A stretch of 64,000 nucleotides of DNA from Vulcanimicrobiota bacterium (GCA_050250895.1 JBFWNU010000001.1:2500891-2564890); one strand, 5' to 3'; shown: positions 1-9,914, counted from the stretch's first letter. Notes: generated by a model from the letters alone, not told the origin. A program made the numbers and translations.

Positions 1-261
1 GTCGGCATAGGTCCCGGTCAAACTGCCCGAGAGGTAGACACGCCTTCCGTCCGGCAAAGTCCCGGCTCCGTCCTTGCCAGGCACATAGGGCAGCTCGGGC
101 AGCCCCGCATAGGCACCGGCCCGAATGTAGGTGTCGACAGGGTTGACGCCGGCCGCGGCCACTTTCACCAGCACTTGCTCGCCCTGGGCCTGAGGGGTCG
201 GTGTCTCTTCATAAGCGAGAACATCCGGGTCTCCGAAAATGTGAACTCGAATTGCGTGCAT
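1..261 (-). CDS. NADPH:quinone reductase (zeta-crystallin/MDR family), 5' part; runs off the window
   Basis: Hand translation from ATG at 261: MHAIRVHIFGDPDVLAYEE...VLVKVAAAGVNPVDTYIRAGAY..LPYVPGKDGAG, a typical Qor N-terminus. Not in the ORF track. Confidence 0.85.
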   Translation of the reverse strand, partial: MHAIRVHIFGDPDVLAYEETPTPQAQGEQVLVKVAAAGVNPVDTYIRAGAYAGLPELPYVPGKDGAGTLPDGRRVYLSGSLTGTYAD

Positions 262-464
262 CCAGGTCCCTTCGCGAGTCGCCGACCCTCTCCCCGCCCC
301 CGAGAGCCTTCTGGTATATGCCCTGTCAGCTTTTTTTGAGGCTCCTTTCAGGCTTTTTTCAGAAAACGAATCCGTCAATAACTTGGAAACATAGTTTCAG
401 GTGTTTTTCAGGTATTCTGTCGATGGAAGCAAACACAAGCAGCAAACAGAAGGAGTAACGTCAA

Positions 465-956
465 ATGTTTCAAGTCGGTATGAAAGTCGTCCATTCTCTC
501 CACGGTCTCGGCCTCGTCGAGGCTCTCGAGGAGAAAACCATTCTCGGGTCGGTTACCCGGATGGCCTCTCTCTCGTTCCAGGATGGTCGCCTCCAGATGA
601 TGGTGAACGTCAGCTCCTCGAACTCGCTCATTCGTCCCGTCATCGACTGCCGCGAAGTAGAAGCCGTGATGGACACTCTGCGCCGCAACCGCACCGACAT
701 TCCTCGTCGGGCCAACGAGCGCTACCCCATCAACCTGGCCAAGATCAAGTCCGGCAACATCCACCAACTGGGCGAAGTGGTCAAAGAACTGACCATCGTC
801 AAGAAAATCACCCCCAAAGAGCACACCATGCTCAAGCAGGCCCGCCGCATTCTCTCTGACGAGCTCGCCTGCGTCACTGGTTGCGATGGCGACGAGATGG
901 AAAAGATCGTCGACCACACCTGCCGCGTCAACGCCGGGGAACTGGTTCTGGTCTAA
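465..956 (+). CDS. CarD family transcriptional regulator
   Basis: MFQVGMKVVHSLHGLGLV N-terminal RNAP-interacting domain, C-terminal 'MLKQARRILSDELA'; RBS AAGGAG upstream. Confidence 0.85.
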   Translation: MFQVGMKVVHSLHGLGLVEALEEKTILGSVTRMASLSFQDGRLQMMVNVSSSNSLIRPVIDCREVEAVMDTLRRNRTDIPRRANERYPINLAKIKSGNIHQLGEVVKELTIVKKITPKEHTMLKQARRILSDELACVTGCDGDEMEKIVDHTCRVNAGELVLV

Positions 957-985
957 GATTTCAAGCCATAAACCGACTGAAGAGG

Positions 986-1009
986 GCCGCCCACCGGGCG
1001 GCTTTTTTT
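986..1009 (+). terminator. Rho-independent terminator
   Basis: GCCGCCC-ACC-GGGCGGC followed by T7, after the CarD gene. Confidence 0.85.
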
Positions 1010-1331
1010 GGTTTCCTGGCCGGTCAGGCGATCTTCGCCAGCGTCGTTGTCCGGCCGGGGTGGACCCTGGCGAGGCGAGTTTGGCCGGGTCGGGGAAGCA
1101 GACAACTACCCCGGGTCGTTGTCTGGGCGGTATTGGCCTGGCGAGGTCGACGTTCCCACCACGATTTCTCGCCGTGAATTCCCGGGGCCACCCTCGACTA
1201 CCGTCTACCGTCTGAAACTCCGTCTGAAAACTACCGTCTGGTCGCCCGACAACAGGTCGCCAGGCGGGTCCAAGCGGGCCAGGGTATCCTGATCGCACGA
1301 CAAAGAATACCTTATCTTTGGGAGGTGTAGG

Positions 1332-2045
1332 GTGAAACGTTTTCTCGCGATATTATCGATGTGTTGTGTGTTGCTCTGTCCGTCAGTTCGAGCGGACGAG
1401 GCGATGGCCGGGGCCGACCAGCCGACCGAGCAGGCCAGTGAGCAAGACCGGGCCCGGGCTCGTGAGGTGCAGGAGGCATCGCTGGCAGCCGAACTGGCTC
1501 ACTATGGAATAGAGGCCGAGTCGGCCGAAGCTTTGATCATGGCCGCCAAAATGATGGCCACCCACCGGGCCAAGGCGCCCGAGGGGAAGTCGGTTCAGGC
1601 CGAGGGGCTCAAAGGCGGAGATGAAAAGGCGGCCAACTCCAATGAAATGACGCCGCTCACGCTCTTGGCCAAAGCCCGCGAACTGGCCTCCGACAACGCC
1701 ACTTTGATGCAGTGGGCCGACGAGGTCGAGAATATGGCTCGCAAATCGTCGCGCAGCCCGGCCCGGGGGCTACTTCAGGGCTATTACGAACTGTTGCCCA
1801 AGTATCGCCACACCATGACCGAGCAGTTTCTCGGTGGCCAGCGCGCCTATGTGCAGGTTCAGGGTGAACCCGGGGCGGCGCTCGACATCTACGTCTTCGA
1901 CGCCAACGGCAACCCGGTGATCTCGTCGGTAGGCCATACCACTTCGGCCTGGGTTTATTGGACTCCGAACTACAACGCCTATTACCAGGTGGTCGTCTAT
2001 AACCGCGGCGGCTGGCCGGTCAACTTCTCGGTCACCATGCAGTAA
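1332..2045 (+). CDS. Secreted protein, helical N-domain plus C-terminal PPC-like beta domain
   Basis: Signal peptide (MKRFLAIL...VRA), RBS GGAGGT, C-terminal 'LDIYVFDANG...YQVVVYN'. Confidence 0.65.
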   Translation: MKRFLAILSMCCVLLCPSVRADEAMAGADQPTEQASEQDRARAREVQEASLAAELAHYGIEAESAEALIMAAKMMATHRAKAPEGKSVQAEGLKGGDEKAANSNEMTPLTLLAKARELASDNATLMQWADEVENMARKSSRSPARGLLQGYYELLPKYRHTMTEQFLGGQRAYVQVQGEPGAALDIYVFDANGNPVISSVGHTTSAWVYWTPNYNAYYQVVVYNRGGWPVNFSVTMQ

Positions 2046-2046
2046 T

Positions 2047-2958
2047 CTAGTCGATCGAGAAATTGATTTTCTGGGCCGCCTGCCGGTCGACGAACAGTTC
2101 GACCGAATAGCGTCCCGGATGGTAGCCGCCGGTGGGCGGGGCGAAGGTGAACAAGCAGTCCTCCTTCGCTCCGCTCGAGTCGACGGTAACGGTACTGACC
2201 ACCTCTTCGGGTTCGAAGTCGGTCACTTTGTCGGCGCGCCACACGGCCCGCACGGGAGTCCCCTCCCGCACGCCCGAGGTGCCTACCACCAGATGGATCG
2301 TTTTGGTGTCGGCGGAGAAGCTGCTTTGCTGCTTTTGGCCCTGCAGGTCCGTGGTCAACCGGGCATAGTCGAGGGGATTTTCGCTGCTGGAGTGACCCAC
2401 GATGGTGAAGGTGGTGGCGCCCAGAACCTCGCCAGCCACCTCGACATGGACGGTGTACTCTCCGTCGAACCAGCCGTTCTTCGGCCGTCGCACCGAAAAG
2501 GTCGGGTTCTCTTCAGAGGTCGAGGCTGAATCCAGCATCTTGGCCTTGGGGTTGGCGGTAGGGAACCAGGTCGTGCGCAACACCTGGCCGGGCTCGACGT
2601 GGTGGGTCTGGACGGTCAGAAAGATCTCTTCGGTGTCGGCACCGAAATAGTCTTTGGTCTCCTGTCTGTCTTCGCTGTCGGAGAGGGCCACCAGATCTAC
2701 CGAGGCATCTTTGGCTAGCTTTGACTTGGGCTTGGGCTGGTCTTTGCCGCGGGCGAAAGGGTTGACCGCCACGGGCCGGCCCACCGGTGGCTTGAAGGGA
2801 GTGGGCTCGACCGCCACGGTTTCTTCGGGGGTGGGGGTGGCCGGCTCGGGGGGCGGGGTCGTCTCGACCACCGTGGGGGTGGAGGATAGCTCGACTCTGG
2901 GCTGTTCCTGGCAGCCCACCGCAAGAAGAACGCAAAGACAAACCGCAATCCAACGCAT
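2047..2958 (-). CDS. Lipoprotein with Pro/Thr linker and two repeated beta-sandwich domains
   Basis: Start MRWIAVCLCVLLAVGC (lipobox); two copies of F.AD...I.L....W.......F....P..G...G.Y.V. Confidence 0.7.
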   Translation of the reverse strand: MRWIAVCLCVLLAVGCQEQPRVELSSTPTVVETTPPPEPATPTPEETVAVEPTPFKPPVGRPVAVNPFARGKDQPKPKSKLAKDASVDLVALSDSEDRQETKDYFGADTEEIFLTVQTHHVEPGQVLRTTWFPTANPKAKMLDSASTSEENPTFSVRRPKNGWFDGEYTVHVEVAGEVLGATTFTIVGHSSSENPLDYARLTTDLQGQKQQSSFSADTKTIHLVVGTSGVREGTPVRAVWRADKVTDFEPEEVVSTVTVDSSGAKEDCLFTFAPPTGGYHPGRYSVELFVDRQAAQKINFSID

Positions 2959-3053
2959 CCTGCTTGGTTCGGTCCGGGCCGTGAGCAACCCTGGCGCCTG
3001 GAAATGAACTCTCGCCCTGGGCGGCGAAAGCCAGTCAAAACTTTCTCAAGGAG

Positions 3054-3782
3054 ATGCCTTTGTCTCGAAGCTCCCGCGCCTCCCTCGACCGTCAGACCAT
3101 CGCCGGCTTGCTAGAGAAGGTGCCGCTCTTCGGCGCCCTCGAACCGGGCGATCGCGAACGACTGGCCGAACTGCTCCACTCCCGGCGCTTCGCCACGGGC
3201 CAGCCTATTTTTCTTCAAGACGACCCCGGCGAAGAGATGTACCTGGTGGTCGAGGGCAAGATTCGCATCAGCTTCGAGTCGATGGGCGGGCGTGAAGTGA
3301 CTCTGGCCATTCTGGGTGAAGGCAGCTTCTTTGGTGACATGGCTTTGCTGGACGGGCATCCTCGTTCGGCCTCGGCCTATGCCGAGACTTCTTGCCTGGC
3401 CCTGGTGCTGCGCAGGGTCGACTTTCACAACTTCCTCGAAGGCTCGCCGGCCGCGGCTCGCAGCCTGTTGGCTTTTTTGTCGATGCGGCTGCGCAAGTCC
3501 AATGACAAGATTCAGGACCTGGCTCTGCTGACGGTGCGCCAGCGCCTGGCTGCGGTGTTGCTCGATCTGGCCGTCAAAGACAGCGAGGTCTTGCCCGAGG
3601 GCGGGGTGTTGTTGGCCAAGACGGTCAATCACCGCGTGCTGGCCGGGCTGCTCGGGACCAGCCGCGAGACGGTCAGTCGCATGGCCGCCGAATTGCGCGA
3701 GCAGGGGCTGGTCGAGCAACGGGGCCGGCGGATCCGGGTCATCGACCTCGACCAGTTGCGGCAGGTAGTGGAAGAGGCCTAA
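3054..3782 (+). CDS. Crp/Fnr family transcriptional regulator
   Basis: cNMP-binding FGDMALLDGHPRSASA and HTH LAGLLGTSRETVSR. Confidence 0.93.
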   Translation: MPLSRSSRASLDRQTIAGLLEKVPLFGALEPGDRERLAELLHSRRFATGQPIFLQDDPGEEMYLVVEGKIRISFESMGGREVTLAILGEGSFFGDMALLDGHPRSASAYAETSCLALVLRRVDFHNFLEGSPAAARSLLAFLSMRLRKSNDKIQDLALLTVRQRLAAVLLDLAVKDSEVLPEGGVLLAKTVNHRVLAGLLGTSRETVSRMAAELREQGLVEQRGRRIRVIDLDQLRQVVEEA

Positions 3783-4966
3783 TTTAGCCAGGCGAGGGCG
3801 GCTTTGAGCGGGTCTGAACCGGCCTGGTCAGGGTCCAGGCCGCGCCCGTGGATGTCGCGTCCCTGCAGGTCGAGATAGCGGCCGGTCGACAGGTTGAGAG
3901 CTCCCCCGCCGGCTAGCGAGTACATCGTCTGAATGCGGGCTTTGCCGAAAGAGCGCTCGCCGAACAGGCGCCGGCCGGGGCGTCCCTGCAAGGCCAGGGC
4001 TACGATCTCGGCGGCGCTGGCCGTGCCCCGGTTGATCAGCACGGCCACCGGGTCGGGATAGAAGGCCTGGCCGGGAGCGCTCAACTGGCTCGCCCCCCCC
4101 ACCCGCTCCACCCGCAAGAAGGGGCCGCTCACGAAGAGGGCGGCGGTTTTGGTGCCTTGCTCGAAGTCGCCGCCCGGGTTGTCGCGCAGGTCCAGGATAA
4201 TGGCCCGGGCCTGACGAGCCTGCAGTTGCTTGAGGGCCCCGTGCACGCGAGCCGCCGTCTGGGGACCGAAATAGCCGATACGCACCAGTCCCACGCCGGG
4301 GGCGGCCAGGCGATAGGTGACTTCGGGCAGTTGCAGTTGGCGGCGGGTGATGGTGATCTCTTTGGCCTGACCGTTGCGCTCGATGGAGAGACGGACTTTC
4401 GACCCGGCCTGACCCAGCAGCAGGTTGCCGGCATCGTAAAAACTCAGAGGGGCGACCGACTTGCCATCGACGGCGAGAATGCGGTCCGAAGGCTCGAGGC
4501 CGCTTTCGGCCGCCGGCGAACCTTCCAGGCAACTAACCACCAACACCCCGTCCCGAAAAGCCAGCTCGACGCCGATGCCGGTAAAAGATCCGGTCTTGCG
4601 CACCTGATCTTCGAACTGTCGCTGGGCTGGAGTCAGCAGGGTCGAGTAGGGGTCTCGCAGGCTGTCGACCATTCCTCGCATGGCCGCTTCGGCCAGGGCG
4701 GCGCTCCGTTGCAGGTCGCCGGTGACGAGGCGCGCTTCCAGCTGTTCCCAACTTTGAGGCTTCCCGGCTCCGGGTAGAAGGGGTTGCATCCTGCGCCAGG
4801 CGGCCTCCAGCAGAGCGGCCCGAGAAGGACGAGCCAGGGCTGATTGGCTCAGGAGTTCGGCAACCTGGCGCGCGCCGGCCACCACCATGGCCTCGCGGGG
4901 GTCGACCTCGGCTCGGGTCAGGACGGGGGCGAACACCAACAGCCAGATGAGAAGCAGCCTTTTCAC
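3779..4966 (-). CDS. S41 C-terminal processing protease (PDZ + peptidase)
   Basis: DPYS, GIGV (PDZ), LDLRDNPGG, TASAAE, GERSFGK. GTG start chosen because it begins a signal peptide. Confidence 0.9.
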   Translation of the reverse strand: MKRLLLIWLLVFAPVLTRAEVDPREAMVVAGARQVAELLSQSALARPSRAALLEAAWRRMQPLLPGAGKPQSWEQLEARLVTGDLQRSAALAEAAMRGMVDSLRDPYSTLLTPAQRQFEDQVRKTGSFTGIGVELAFRDGVLVVSCLEGSPAAESGLEPSDRILAVDGKSVAPLSFYDAGNLLLGQAGSKVRLSIERNGQAKEITITRRQLQLPEVTYRLAAPGVGLVRIGYFGPQTAARVHGALKQLQARQARAIILDLRDNPGGDFEQGTKTAALFVSGPFLRVERVGGASQLSAPGQAFYPDPVAVLINRGTASAAEIVALALQGRPGRRLFGERSFGKARIQTMYSLAGGGALNLSTGRYLDLQGRDIHGRGLDPDQAGSDPLKAALAWLN

Positions 4967-5048
4967 CGGGCCATTATAAAGGCTCACGTGCTTCCCGTCG
5001 AGCGACGGTGGGCAGGAAGCCAGCCGGCCCTTCCAAAACCCTTGAGCG

Positions 5049-6071
5049 GTGAAATCAAAGATTTCCACCCTCTTGCGCGGAGTGGTGGGTGTGCTGATCG
5101 CCGCCTATCTGATTCACCTGGTGGTGGCCCGCGGCCAGGTCGATCTGCTGGCAGAGGTCAAGCAGGCCAACCTCGGGCTACTGGTGTTGGCCTTCTCGCT
5201 GTTTGGTCTGGGGACCCTGATCGGCACCTACCGCTGGCAACTGCTGCTGCGGGTCATCGGCAAAGAGTTGAACCTGGCCACGCTGTTTCGACTGAACATG
5301 ATCGCCTCGTTTTTTGCCCTGGCCATTCCGGGCGGCGTGGGTGGCGACATTACCAAGATCTATTATCTGAGCCGGGAAGAGGACAAGGCCACCGAAGCCA
5401 TCATGACCATCGTCCTGGACCGTTTGATGGGGTTGCTTGGTCTGCTCACCGTCGCCACCATCTCGGTCTGGTCGGCCGGTGACCTGCTGGCTTCGGGCCC
5501 GTCCCAGTTACGGCTGGCCGCCGGAGTGGTGGCCACGGCCGGAGTCGGGGGCCTGCTTTTCGTGGCGACCTTCTATCTCGGCCCTTTGCTGGTCCGCATC
5601 GACCTGTTCAAACGGGCCGGCCAGGATGTCTTGCAACGCCTGCCCGAGTCCATCTCCAAACGGAGCGAGGCGGTGCTGTCGGCTCTCGAGCTGTGTCGCA
5701 CTCGGCCGGCGGTCATGCTGGCCGGGTTGTTGCTGTCGACGGTGCTCCACTCCACCATCGCCACGGGCGTCTACACCATCGGGGTGGCCAGCCACACCGA
5801 GGGCCCTCGCGTTCAGGATTACTTCCTGGCCACCATGGTGGCCAACACGGTGGCTTGTATTCCCCTGACACCCGGCGGCCTGGGCGGCCGCGACCTGGTT
5901 TTGAGCCTGTTTCTCGAGGCGGCCGGCGCCGGGAAGGCCAAAGCCGGCTTCGTGCCGGTGGTGGTCAGCCTGATCTTCATTGGCTGGGGTCTGGTCGGGT
6001 GCGGCTGCTTTATCTTCGAACGCCGCGTCAATCCCGCCGCCATGGGGCTCGTGACCGAGCCGGAGTCTTAA
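5049..6071 (+). CDS. Lysylphosphatidylglycerol synthase TM domain / UPF0104 flippase-like membrane protein
   Basis: RW..LL, PGGVGGD, LDRLMG, IPLTPGGLG motifs; multiple TM segments. Confidence 0.85.
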   Translation: MKSKISTLLRGVVGVLIAAYLIHLVVARGQVDLLAEVKQANLGLLVLAFSLFGLGTLIGTYRWQLLLRVIGKELNLATLFRLNMIASFFALAIPGGVGGDITKIYYLSREEDKATEAIMTIVLDRLMGLLGLLTVATISVWSAGDLLASGPSQLRLAAGVVATAGVGGLLFVATFYLGPLLVRIDLFKRAGQDVLQRLPESISKRSEAVLSALELCRTRPAVMLAGLLLSTVLHSTIATGVYTIGVASHTEGPRVQDYFLATMVANTVACIPLTPGGLGGRDLVLSLFLEAAGAGKAKAGFVPVVVSLIFIGWGLVGCGCFIFERRVNPAAMGLVTEPES

Positions 6072-6688
6072 GGGCCGGAATACTTGCCCAGCGCCAGCTT
6101 GCCCAGGCCACCCACTTCGAGGCGGTAGGCATGGTCGCCGATGCGCCCCAGCGTGACCACCCCGGGCAGACTGCTGTCGGGCAGCAGAATCTCGCCATTA
6201 GCGTCGAAGGCAAAGCTCGCCACCGGCGTGAAATCGTTGGGGGACGAGCCCAGCCCTAATTCGGCTACCAGTCCGGTGAGGTTGGGGACGGCGTCCATGT
6301 CGAACAGGGCGATGTTCTCGAGGCGAACCTCGTCGAGGGTGGCCATGGGGCCCAGCTCCGAAAAGCTGACCAGAGTCGGAACGGCCCCGATGGTCTGGCG
6401 GGTGCGCACGCGCAGGGCCAGATTTTGTTCGCTGGCGCCCGAGGCCACCGAGGTGGCGGCCGGAAATCCGCCGGCGGCCCGAAACGCATCGTCGATGGGA
6501 ACGCCGAAGCCCTTGGCCTTGCCCTGGGCTTGCTGCAGCTCTCCATGAAGGCGGTCGGCGGCGGTGTTGATGGCATTGTTGGACCGCATATAGGCCAGGT
6601 AAGGAATGCCAATGGCAAACAGGATGGCCAGCAGGGCGATGACGCCCAAAAGTTCCAACAGGCTAAAGCCCCGTTTTTCACGCTGCAT
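6068..6688 (-). CDS. Type IV pilin-like (FimT/GspH-like) protein
   Basis: Class III signal peptide KRG|FSLLE followed by a hydrophobic helix. Confidence 0.85.
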   Translation of the reverse strand: MQREKRGFSLLELLGVIALLAILFAIGIPYLAYMRSNNAINTAADRLHGELQQAQGKAKGFGVPIDDAFRAAGGFPAATSVASGASEQNLALRVRTRQTIGAVPTLVSFSELGPMATLDEVRLENIALFDMDAVPNLTGLVAELGLGSSPNDFTPVASFAFDANGEILLPDSSLPGVVTLGRIGDHAYRLEVGGLGKLALGKYSGP

Positions 6689-6762
6689 GGTGAGTCTCTT
6701 CTCTTTGGCCGGTCCGGTTGCCTGTTGAAGGGTCAGAGGTGGACGGCCCCTAAGCTAGCCCC

Positions 6763-7677
6763 ATGCGTGAAGTCATTCGTCTTCTCGCTCGCCCGGTCGA
6801 GCGAGTCTGGGGGGGCCGCCGCCTGGAAGAGCTGCTGGATCGCCGTCTGCCGCCCGGCCCGGTGGGAGAGAGCTGGGAAGTTTATGGCGAACTCGAGGTC
6901 AGTCACGGTCGCTTCGAAGGAGCCACCCTGGATCAGCTGGTGGCGGCCCACGGTGAGGCGCTGGTAGGCAGCCACTGTCGGGGCACCACCACCTTTCCGA
7001 TTTTGACCAAGTGGCTGGATTGTCGCGATTGGCTGTCGGTCCAGGTCCATCCCGATGACCGCCTGGCGCCGGTGTTGAGCGGACAGCAAGATGCCCGCGG
7101 CAAAAGCGAGGCCTGGTATTTTCGGCATGTCGACCCCGGGGCCGAAGTGATCCACGGGGTCTCGCCCCTGGCCCGCCCCAACCGGCTGCAAGTGGCCGAG
7201 GGTGAAGACTGGCTCGACCTGGTCGAGCGGCGGCCCGTGCGCGAGGGGTCTTTCCTGTACACCCCGGCGGGCACCGTCCATGCCCTGGGGCCGGGATTGA
7301 TGCTCTACGAGATTCAGCAGAGCAGCGAGTTGACTTACCGGCTCTATGACTGGGGCCGGGATCGGCCCATTCACCCCGACCTGGCCCGGCGTTGTTTGTT
7401 GGAAGCCGCCGCCAGCGATGACTATCGTGACCGGGGCCAGGTGGTGGGGAGCGTGCGCGGCGGCTGCTCCTATTTCGTGGTCGAGTCCCTTCAGGGGTCG
7501 AGCCAATGGCGGGTCGACCCCGGCAGCTTCGAGATTCTGGCCCTGACCGACGGCCGGGCCAGCCTCGACGGCGCCGAATTGGCTCTGGGTGAGTCGGTGG
7601 TGCTGCCCGCCAGTTACGGCGAGGTCACTCTGGAATGTGACGGTCCGACCCACATCCTGAGGATACGAGTGCCCTGA
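6763..7677 (+). CDS. Class I mannose-6-phosphate isomerase
   Basis: VWGG, GESWE, LSVQVHPDD, GKSEAW, PAGTVHA, EIQQSSELTYRLYDWGR. Confidence 0.92.
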   Translation: MREVIRLLARPVERVWGGRRLEELLDRRLPPGPVGESWEVYGELEVSHGRFEGATLDQLVAAHGEALVGSHCRGTTTFPILTKWLDCRDWLSVQVHPDDRLAPVLSGQQDARGKSEAWYFRHVDPGAEVIHGVSPLARPNRLQVAEGEDWLDLVERRPVREGSFLYTPAGTVHALGPGLMLYEIQQSSELTYRLYDWGRDRPIHPDLARRCLLEAAASDDYRDRGQVVGSVRGGCSYFVVESLQGSSQWRVDPGSFEILALTDGRASLDGAELALGESVVLPASYGEVTLECDGPTHILRIRVP

Positions 7678-7737
7678 ATCGGCCCCACTCTGGGAGGAAA
7701 ACCATCAGATGGCTGGAAACGTTCGAAAAATCCGAGG

Positions 7738-8640
7738 GTGGTGTCGCCTTTGTTCGGCAACAAGCTAAAATCAGGGCCAGAAGCGCTGAGTTTCGGAAAC
7801 ACGTTGTTTCGAATCTCTGAAATTTCCTGGATCAAGGCTCAGGGCCTGACCCTGCCTGAGAAGATCGTCAAAGGGGTGCTACTGGTGCTGGGTGTGGCCT
7901 TTATCTGGGCCATGCAGGTGGCCAAAGGCACCTATTTCAACGTCGAATGGCTGTTGGCCGCGTTGCCGTTGCATCTAGCCTATCTGATCAGCTCGGACCT
8001 TCGCCTGGCCAGCACCGGTGACATCGAAGAGACCTATGAAGAGCGAGTGGGGCGCAGTCGCGGCCTGTTCAACGAGTGGGTCGAGAACCTGTCCAAGCGA
8101 AATCCCGACTGGATTCACCTCAAGGGTCAAGACTACGCCTACCTGATCAACCCCGACCGGATCGCCTGGGTGCGGTCCAAGGTGCAGGTCAGCTTTTATC
8201 CGCTGGCGGTCGGGGCCATCTTCTATGCCTATCATTTCGTGACTGGCCTGGACCTCGATTTCGAGACCACTCCCATCGTGTCCGACCTGCGCATGCTCAC
8301 CTTCGAACCCGGTCAGACGGGCTTGCTGGTGACGATGTGCTACCTGGTGGTGGTCGCCTCGCTGGCCGCCTTTGCGGTTTCGATCAAGCGCTCGCTCGAG
8401 CTTTGCGCCCCCGGTGGCGTGTTCGACAGCCTGCGCGTGTCGGCCGAGGACGAGGCCAAGGTGTTGCTGGCCATCAGCGGCACCAAGACGGCCGCCGAGA
8501 AGATGCTCAAAACCCCGGCCCTCCCGGTCAAGAAGCCCGTTCCGGCCGAGAAGCCGGCCCCGGTCGAGACCAAGGTCGAAGCCAAACCCGCCCCGACGCC
8601 CACTCCCAAGACGCCTCAACCCGCCGCGACCGAGGGCTAG
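7738..8640 (+). CDS. Hypothetical membrane protein with Pro/Lys-rich tail
   Basis: About 4 hydrophobic segments, coding-like codon usage; no family recognised. Confidence 0.6.
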   Translation: MVSPLFGNKLKSGPEALSFGNTLFRISEISWIKAQGLTLPEKIVKGVLLVLGVAFIWAMQVAKGTYFNVEWLLAALPLHLAYLISSDLRLASTGDIEETYEERVGRSRGLFNEWVENLSKRNPDWIHLKGQDYAYLINPDRIAWVRSKVQVSFYPLAVGAIFYAYHFVTGLDLDFETTPIVSDLRMLTFEPGQTGLLVTMCYLVVVASLAAFAVSIKRSLELCAPGGVFDSLRVSAEDEAKVLLAISGTKTAAEKMLKTPALPVKKPVPAEKPAPVETKVEAKPAPTPTPKTPQPAATEG

Positions 8641-9179
8641 GGCGGGGCTTCGAGAGGAGCCAGGGTCGAGGCGAAGCTGGTTTCCAGTCGACAACGGTGA
8701 TCGTCTTTTTGGGCCTCGAGCGTCACCTGGACCACGGAGCCGGCGGTGGCGCACTCGAACTCGCTCAGATTGCGGGCCACCACTCGAGCGGCCGGGTTGT
8801 GGGGCGCGGGTGAGGCTGTCTCGGGATCGGCGGCCCCCAGCGGATCGCTCTGGCGGTGGAGCTTTCCTTCGGCGTCTTTCCAATAGCTGAGGATGGTGGT
8901 CCACCTGGGTTCGCCATCCGGCTCGAAGGCGGGGGGATCGCCCTGGCTCACCAGCACCAACTGGTCGGTGTCCCAGCGCACCGAGCCGGGGGCGGCGCTC
9001 TGAATGTCGACCTTGAGCCAGCGGGCGGCCACGGCCACTGTCTGTTGCGACTCGGCCCGATCCTGGCCGCGGCGGAAGCTGCGCACGGCTGGGCCGAAGA
9101 CCATGACGGCAACGCTGAGAATCAAAGCCAAAAGGCCGGCCACCACCAGGACTTCGGCCAGAGTCATGCCTCTCTTCAT
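8637..9179 (-). CDS. Type IV pilin-like (PilW/GspJ-like)
   Basis: MKRG|MTLAE prepilin motif. Confidence 0.85.
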   Translation of the reverse strand: MKRGMTLAEVLVVAGLLALILSVAVMVFGPAVRSFRRGQDRAESQQTVAVAARWLKVDIQSAAPGSVRWDTDQLVLVSQGDPPAFEPDGEPRWTTILSYWKDAEGKLHRQSDPLGAADPETASPAPHNPAARVVARNLSEFECATAGSVVQVTLEAQKDDHRCRLETSFASTLAPLEAPP

Positions 9180-9538
9180 GGCAGAGCGTCCGAGCTGAAC
9201 CGGCGCAAGCTCATCTCCAGAGGTCTGGCCGCCTCGGGCCAGTTGACGCTAACTCGCCATTCGTAAGTGTGCGTTCCGGTAACCACGGCCTGGCGCGTGG
9301 CCGTGAATTGGGTGCCGTTGAGCTGGGTGGCGAACTGTTCGACCGGGCTGGGAAAACTGGCCGGACGAGGGGCCTCTTCCAGCAGCCTAACCGCATACGC
9401 GTTGGCGGTTTGAACGTTCTCGGCCTGTTTGAGCGAGAGGATTCCGGCTGGAATCAGTCCCAGGATGAACATCACGGCCGCCGCCAACAAAACCACGGCG
9501 ACCACAACTTCTACCAGCGATAACCCCCGCTTGCCCAT
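9176..9538 (-). CDS. Type IV pilin-like (PilV/GspI-like)
   Basis: MGKRG|LSLVE prepilin motif; stop overlaps the start of the next pilin. Confidence 0.8.
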   Translation of the reverse strand: MGKRGLSLVEVVVAVVLLAAAVMFILGLIPAGILSLKQAENVQTANAYAVRLLEEAPRPASFPSPVEQFATQLNGTQFTATRQAVVTGTHTYEWRVSVNWPEAARPLEMSLRRFSSDALP

Positions 9539-9626
9539 TTGCTTAAGTTGGGCGTTGCCGAGCAAACTCCTTCGAGCGGGGATTCGCCCCAGGGCCGCGA
9601 AGTGGCCGCCCGAAAGGAATTACTCC

Positions 9627-9911
9627 ATGGCCTTTAACGACGCGGGCACGCCCGACCAAAAGCTCGACCCTTCGCTGCGCAAACTGTTGCAAGAGCCCGG
9701 GTTGGAAGACACCGTGCCAGTGATCATTCAGACCGTCGACGGTCTGAAAGACGAAGACAAAGAAGTGCTCAAGACCCTCAGGGGCACCTTTAAAGACGAC
9801 CTCTACATCATTAAGGCCTTCAGCGCCGATATTCCCTTGACCAGTCTGGGCACGTTGATTCTGAGTCCGCGGGTGGTCAAGGTCTACCACGACGCCGACG
9901 TCAAGGCTTAG
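9627..9911 (+). CDS. Small protein resembling a subtilase propeptide / I9 inhibitor fold
   Basis: RBS AAAGGA; KLDPSL...VPVIIQ...IIKAFSADIP...L..SPRVVKVYHDADVKA. Confidence 0.6.
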   Translation: MAFNDAGTPDQKLDPSLRKLLQEPGLEDTVPVIIQTVDGLKDEDKEVLKTLRGTFKDDLYIIKAFSADIPLTSLGTLILSPRVVKVYHDADVKA

Positions 9912-9914
9912 CCC

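Noticed and set aside
1207-1230. Neisseria DNA uptake sequence (GCCGTCTGAA)
   Set aside because: Both copies lack the first G, and I did not notice the motif recurring elsewhere in the window.
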